Notes under the pieces: model-generated
What the model saw: only the letters and a program-made list of their open reading frames with translations
The model's database searches: none
What the model was told of the DNA's origin: nothing
In this document: piece by piece, positions 8,291 to 12,144 of the stretch
How positions within the stretch are numbered: the first letter of the stretch is position 1
Layout: each line of letters opens with the position of its first letter
From: a bacterium
GTDB lineage: Bacteria; Zhuqueibacterota; Zhuqueibacteria; Oceanimicrobiales; Oceanimicrobiaceae
Reading direction: 5' to 3'
DNA length: 12,144 nucleotides
NCBI GenBank assembly: GCA_046758365.1
Contig: JBHIAC010000100.1
Location: forward strand, 1-12,144
Translations under genes and position numbers: made by a program

Positions 8291-8920
8291 ATGAAGACTG
8301 ATTTAAAGAAAATATTAGCTCCAATTTTTATTTTTTGTTTCAGTTTTGTTACTGCTCAAATCTCATATAGCAATTTAATAATTGTCTTGGACAAATCTCC
8401 CGTGGAAATATTACAAGCCCGAAACCAGGCAGTTGAAGAAATTCTTCGTGAAACAAATGACAATGTGAGTGCAGAAACCAAAGAAATGCTCAAAGAAATT
8501 ATAAATGGAATCATGGATTTTAACGAACTTTCTCGTTTGTCTTTAGGCAAGTACTGGAACCCGAGAACCGAACAAGAAAAAAAAGATTTTGTAAATGTCT
8601 TTTCACAGCTTATCAAAAATTCTTCAGTAAAAAAATTAGAGATTTATCAAGCTGACCGATTGGTATATGAAGAACCAGAAATCAACGGCACCAAAGCGAA
8701 AGTCACAACCATAGCTTATAAAAAGAGAAAGCAAGTAGAAATCGTTTATAAAATGCATAAGGTCGGCGACCAGTGGCTGGTCTATGATATGGATATTGAT
8801 GGAGTAAGTACGGCACGAAATTATCGCGATTCCTTTTATAAACAAATTGCTAAAAGTTCTTATGAAGAGATGTATAATAAGTTGGTTAAGAAATTAAAAG
8901 AACAGCAGCAAGAAAAATAA
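8291..8920 (+). CDS. MlaC/Ttg2D/HpnM-family periplasmic lipid-binding protein
   Basis: Signal peptide; MDFNELSRLSLGKYW...EKKDFVNVF and WLVYDMDIDGVSTARNYRDSF are typical MlaC motifs. 209 aa with a GAAGGA RBS. Confidence 0.88.
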   Translation: MKTDLKKILAPIFIFCFSFVTAQISYSNLIIVLDKSPVEILQARNQAVEEILRETNDNVSAETKEMLKEIINGIMDFNELSRLSLGKYWNPRTEQEKKDFVNVFSQLIKNSSVKKLEIYQADRLVYEEPEINGTKAKVTTIAYKKRKQVEIVYKMHKVGDQWLVYDMDIDGVSTARNYRDSFYKQIAKSSYEEMYNKLVKKLKEQQQEK

Positions 8921-8966
8921 TTTTATTAATATAATTAGAATAGTATTATTAAAATTAAAAAATCGA

Positions 8967-9626
8967 ATGAAGTCAAAAGAGTACTGTCGAATCCAAAATA
9001 TGCTGGGATTTGAGAGGGAACTTTGGAACAAGGGGGTAAATTATGTTGCCGGAGTGGATGAATCTGGTCGGGGACCTTTAGCTGGTCCGGTAGTTGCCGC
9101 CGCTGTGATTTTTTCAAAAGATATATTTATCCCAATGATTGACGATTCTAAAAAATTGTCTTCGGAAGTTCGGGAGTACCTTTATGATATAATTGTTAAA
9201 GAGGCCCTTAATCATGGGTTTGGATTAGCAGAAGTTACAGAAATTGACCGGATAAATATTTATCAAGCTTCTTTTTTAGCCATGGAGCGGGCTCTGGATA
9301 AACTAAGTATTAAACCTGAACATCTGCTCGTCGATGGACCGGCCTATCTTAATGATACTATTCCGTACACCACCATTGTTAAAGGTGATAGTCAATGCTA
9401 TTCTATCGCTGCTGCCTCTATTTTAGCCAAGGTAACTCGAGATAGAATAATGTGCGAATATGATGTAAAATTTCCCCAGTACGGATTTGCCCAACATAAA
9501 GGCTACCCCACGCATGCCCATTTGGATGCAATAGAAAAATATGGCTATTGTTCTATTCACCGTAAATCATTCCACCCTAAGCGTTTCCACGAAAGCTCAC
9601 TGTCTTCAACTAAACATGCAGAATAA
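8967..9626 (+). CDS. rnhB: Ribonuclease HII
   Basis: AGVDESGRGPLAGPVVAAAV, DSKKLS, EIDRINI, LVDG, VKGD..YSIAAASILAKVTRD, HKGYPT and HRKSF. Confidence 0.97.
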   Translation: MKSKEYCRIQNMLGFERELWNKGVNYVAGVDESGRGPLAGPVVAAAVIFSKDIFIPMIDDSKKLSSEVREYLYDIIVKEALNHGFGLAEVTEIDRINIYQASFLAMERALDKLSIKPEHLLVDGPAYLNDTIPYTTIVKGDSQCYSIAAASILAKVTRDRIMCEYDVKFPQYGFAQHKGYPTHAHLDAIEKYGYCSIHRKSFHPKRFHESSLSSTKHAE

Positions 9627-9981
9627 ATCCATTAAAAAGATCGGTAAATTCGGGGAAGAGATGGCTGCAGAATTTCTTAGAAATAAAAATTATGAAATTA
9701 TTGAACGGAACTATCGCTGGGCCAGGGGGGAGATTGATATTGTAGCCAAGAAGGATGATATGTTGATTTTTGTTGAAGTAAAAACTGCGCAGCGAGATAC
9801 GTTCGGGCCTCCAGAAACCTGGGTGGACCAACGCAAACAACAGCAGATTGGTCAAGTAGCTGAGCACTATTTGCAAGAAAAAGAGATAGACGACATGGAC
9901 TGTCGATTTGATGTAATAGCTATAACAGCTCAGGGTAAGGAGTGGAAAATTAAACATATCGAAAATGCCTTTTGGCTTTAA
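9616..9981 (+). CDS. yraN: YraN (UPF0102) family putative endonuclease
   Basis: GKFGEEMAAEFL, ERNYR..GEIDIVA, FVEVKT and CRFDVIAI..HIENAF. The likely start is ATG 9616, overlapping the rnhB end by 11 nt, rather than 9541. rnhB-yraN adjacency is common. Confidence 0.93.
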   Translation: MQNKSIKKIGKFGEEMAAEFLRNKNYEIIERNYRWARGEIDIVAKKDDMLIFVEVKTAQRDTFGPPETWVDQRKQQQIGQVAEHYLQEKEIDDMDCRFDVIAITAQGKEWKIKHIENAFWL

Positions 9982-10004
9982 CAACATGAAAGAATTTTTT
10001 AAAG

Positions 10005-10136
10005 TTAGGATCATTCAGAATATTCATGCTGAATGCAAGATTATATAGGATATTTATCCCTCTATTCGGTTTAACGAGTGAGGACACATGTCCTCTATTA
10101 TTTCATGTTCAGGATGAATATCCAGAACAATCAGTG
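10005..10136. repeat. ~130-bp imperfect palindromic element (REPIN/MITE-like), full copy
   Basis: 10009-10034 pairs with 10107-10132 at 20/26, and the symmetry continues inward to 10059/10082. Each arm carries two mini-palindromes at mirror positions, and the ends are shared with the copies at 1-55 and 151-164. Confidence 0.8.
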
Positions 10137-10269
10137 TCTACTAGTAACTGTGATCGGTTACTAATTTTGTCGTCAATCATTTTGATAAACAATGGGTTGA
10201 ACATACTTTTGGATCTTTGTTTGATGGACAAAGATTTAATAGATAAGAGCTTAACTATAAGTCCCTTGA

Positions 10270-10602
10270 ATGAAGTTTAAAATTGGTCTTAACTACCTTA
10301 GAGAAATAGCCAAATGGTCTTTAATCATTTGGCTTTTTTTACCTTTAAGACATGCCCTTGAAGTTCCCGTTGAGTTTGCAAGAGTCGCCTTGGGTATTGT
10401 TTTATTTGTAATTTTTTCTGGTAAATTACTTTACGATGTCGTATTTTTCCCACGCCAACACCAAATAGAAAGCAGTACTAGTAAAGATCTACTTTCGATG
10501 ATTGGAATAGTTATAATTATTGCACTTTTAGTTTTTGTACTGGTCATTTTTGTGGCTATTTTTGTGATGAGTTATATGAATGCAAATATGAATTTTCGTT
10601 AA
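10270..10602 (+). CDS. Small hypothetical integral membrane protein (about 3 TM segments)
   Basis: 110-aa ORF with three hydrophobic stretches, on the same strand as its neighbours and lying between two repeat elements. No clear RBS and no recognised family. Confidence 0.7.
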   Translation: MKFKIGLNYLREIAKWSLIIWLFLPLRHALEVPVEFARVALGIVLFVIFSGKLLYDVVFFPRQHQIESSTSKDLLSMIGIVIIIALLVFVLVIFVAIFVMSYMNANMNFR

Positions 10603-10643
10603 GTATTATAAATGAATACTCTGTGTCAAATTTCAACTTAATA

Positions 10644-10840
10644 GTGTTTGACCGAAAACTAGCATTGCGACAAGTTTTCCTCAATTCAAACTTAGCTGTC
10701 ATCCCAAAGGAATCTTTTTTAGAATGACGTAAACTGCTGTTAATTAAAAAGATTCCTGCTGAATGACAACACAGGCTCGTTTGCAGGAATGTAGAACAAA
10801 CTTTAGTACAACTCTTCGCCAACCGTTTTCGGTCAAACAC
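10644..10840. mobile_element. MITE (197 bp) with perfect 16-bp terminal inverted repeats and flanking TA dinucleotides
   Basis: GTGTTTGACCGAAAAC (10644-10659) and GTTTTCGGTCAAACAC (10825-10840), with TA at 10642-10643 and 10841-10842. There is an imperfect subterminal extension and no transposase ORF. Confidence 0.8.
10697..10768. repeat. REP-like inverted repeat inside the MITE
   Basis: TGTCATCCCAAAGGAATCTTTTT (10697-10719) and AAAAAGATTCCTGCTGAATGACA (10746-10768) are complementary at 19/23. Confidence 0.75.
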
Positions 10841-10897
10841 TAAATATTATTTTGAATCAATAGTAAAATTAGAGAATAAAACTTAAAGAGAAGGGAT

Positions 10898-11611
10898 ATG
10901 GATTTAAAAAATAAAGTAGCGTTGGTGACCGGTGCTGGAAGAGGCATAGGAAGAGCGACAGCATTTGCTTTGGCAAAAGAAGGCACTCATGTTGTGATTG
11001 CTTCTCGAACCATGTCTGATTTGCAATATTTATCCAGGGAAATTGGAAACTTGGGTAAAAAGGCCTTGCCACTGGAAGCGGATGTTTCTCGGGAAAGCGA
11101 CATAAGGCGACTCATTCAAACTGCGGTGGACAAATTTGTGGGATTAGATATCTTAGTCAATAATGCCGGCATAGGCAGATTTGGGCGAGTAGAAGATCTT
11201 TCCACGCAGGACTGGGATGAGATGTTTGAGGTGAATCTGAGAGGCATGTTTATTTGTACCCGAGAAGCTCTGCCTTACCTAAAAAGTAAAGAGGAAAGTT
11301 TCGTGGTAAATATAGCTTCCCTTGCTGGAAAAAATTTTTTCGTTGGCGGAGCTGGATATGCTGCTACTAAGTGGGGTGTACTGGCGTTTTCAAAATGCCT
11401 GATGCTGGAAGAAAGAAACTCTGGGGTTCGGGTTCTGGCTGTGTGTCCCGGTTCGGTGGATACCCACTTTTTTCATCATCCCTCTCTCCCAAGACCAGAC
11501 CGAGAGAAAATTCTGAAGCCAGAGGATGTAGCCCAAACTATTGTGCAAGCCATCAAGCTGCCGCAGCGGGCTATGGTGAGCGAATTAGAAATAAGGCCTA
11601 CGAATCCATGA
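10898..11611 (+). CDS. Classical short-chain dehydrogenase/reductase (SDR), probably NADP(H)-dependent
   Basis: TGAGRGIG (TGxxxGxG), NNAG, catalytic S (IASLAG), YAATK (YxxxK) and CPGSVDT. Arg in IASRT suggests NADP(H). GAAGGG RBS. Confidence 0.93.
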   Translation: MDLKNKVALVTGAGRGIGRATAFALAKEGTHVVIASRTMSDLQYLSREIGNLGKKALPLEADVSRESDIRRLIQTAVDKFVGLDILVNNAGIGRFGRVEDLSTQDWDEMFEVNLRGMFICTREALPYLKSKEESFVVNIASLAGKNFFVGGAGYAATKWGVLAFSKCLMLEERNSGVRVLAVCPGSVDTHFFHHPSLPRPDREKILKPEDVAQTIVQAIKLPQRAMVSELEIRPTNP

Positions 11612-11633
11612 TATTTTATTTTCGTTAAATTAA

Positions 11634-11773
11634 AGCCAAGAATTAAAATTCTTGTCTCAAAGCTAAAGTCAGCTAAAGCAGACTGGTTCTGGTTATTGTG
11701 TTTACAAATGAGATTTTGAATTAGTCGGCTTAAGCCGACTTTAGTTATCAGCCCGGAAATTTATTTCGGGGCT
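11634..11773. repeat. 140-bp four-hairpin REPIN-like inverted element (A-B...B'-A')
   Basis: Hairpin A 11634-11657, 9-nt linker, hairpin B 11667-11684, spacer, B' 11723-11740 (perfect palindrome AGTCGGCTTAAGCCGACT), 9-nt linker, A' 11750-11773. B and B' match at 15/18; A and reverse-complemented A' match at 17/24. Confidence 0.75.
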
Positions 11774-11851
11774 TATTTGGTTCCCTTGGATAGTCTAGCA
11801 TTTATTTTATTCTTACATTGATTTTTACACAAAATTTTAATAACATTGAGT

Positions 11852-12144
11852 ATGTTGAAAAAAGTAACCTTAATCCCTGGCGACGGCATTGGACCAGAAG
11901 TTACTAGTGCAGCGATAAACGTATTAGAAGCGGCTGGGGCAAACATTGAGTGGGAGCCTGTTGAAGCGGGTATTGAGGTCGTTTCTAAATATGGTAAACC
12001 TCTGCCGGATGAAGTCATCGAATCTATTAAAAGAAACAAAGTAGCGTTTAAAGGTCCACTTACTACCATAGTTGCGAAGGGGTTTGCCAGCGTCAATGTG
12101 GAACTCAGGAAGAAACTGGGATTATATGCCAATCTTCGTCCTGT
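11852..12144 (+). CDS. icd: Isocitrate dehydrogenase (isocitrate/isopropylmalate dehydrogenase family), 5' part, truncated by the window end
   Basis: Not in the ORF track. Manual translation gives [18 protein letters not shown]...FKGPLTT...[21 protein letters not shown]. The SxNxxxR motif is typical of isocitrate-using members. Confidence 0.88.
   Translation, partial: MLKKVTLIPGDGIGPEVTSAAINVLEAAGANIEWEPVEAGIEVVSKYGKPLPDEVIESIKRNKVAFKGPLTTIVAKGFASVNVELRKKLGLYANLRP

Noticed and set aside
398..8920. Calling the cluster hopanoid biosynthesis (hpnP/hpnR, hpnH, hpnM) or a canonical mla operon
   Set aside because: Family-level similarity only; shc, hpnN, hpnG, mlaA and mlaFEDB are absent from the window, so specific symbols are unsupported.
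9541..9615. Longer N-terminus of yraN given in the ORF track
   Set aside because: It would overlap rnhB by 86 nt; ATG 9616 gives a typical ~120-aa YraN.
10026..10280. 84-aa ORF in the ORF track
   Set aside because: It starts within and largely spans the palindromic element, has no RBS and no protein-family features.
4059..11628. Other short ORFs (4059, 4883, 5082, 5663, 6324, 8356, 8636, 8935, 9610, 10556, 10869, 11371)
   Set aside because: They are antisense or out-of-frame overlaps of well-supported genes or of the MITE, with no recognisable motifs.
11773..12132. 119-aa minus-strand ORF
   Set aside because: It is the antisense shadow of the plus-strand isocitrate dehydrogenase gene starting at 11852.
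1..12144. CRISPR array, tRNA or rRNA
   Set aside because: No regularly spaced direct repeats with spacers, and no cloverleaf or rRNA-like sequence was seen.

Overview
This is an AT-rich bacterial chromosomal window from a diderm organism (it encodes TolC and MlaC-type proteins). The left ~9 kb is a divergently transcribed cluster that looks dedicated to making, modifying and trafficking an unusual membrane lipid. On the minus strand is a B12-binding radical SAM enzyme with a cysteine-less DUF2229-like C-terminal domain. On the plus strand are a bifunctional nucleotidyltransferase/CDP-alcohol phosphotransferase (IPCT/DIPPS-like), a radical SAM SPASM/Twitch protein, an MlaC-DUF3047 fusion, a TolC-family channel and a second MlaC. 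These run directly into rnhB-yraN, followed by a small membrane protein, an SDR oxidoreductase and the 5' part of an isocitrate dehydrogenase. The intergenic regions hold several distinct palindromic elements: a 197-bp MITE with perfect 16-bp TIRs and TA flanks, and two unrelated REPIN-like four-hairpin elements with compensatory base changes, one of which is partly repeated at the window start. All family assignments come from motif recognition by eye, not database searches.
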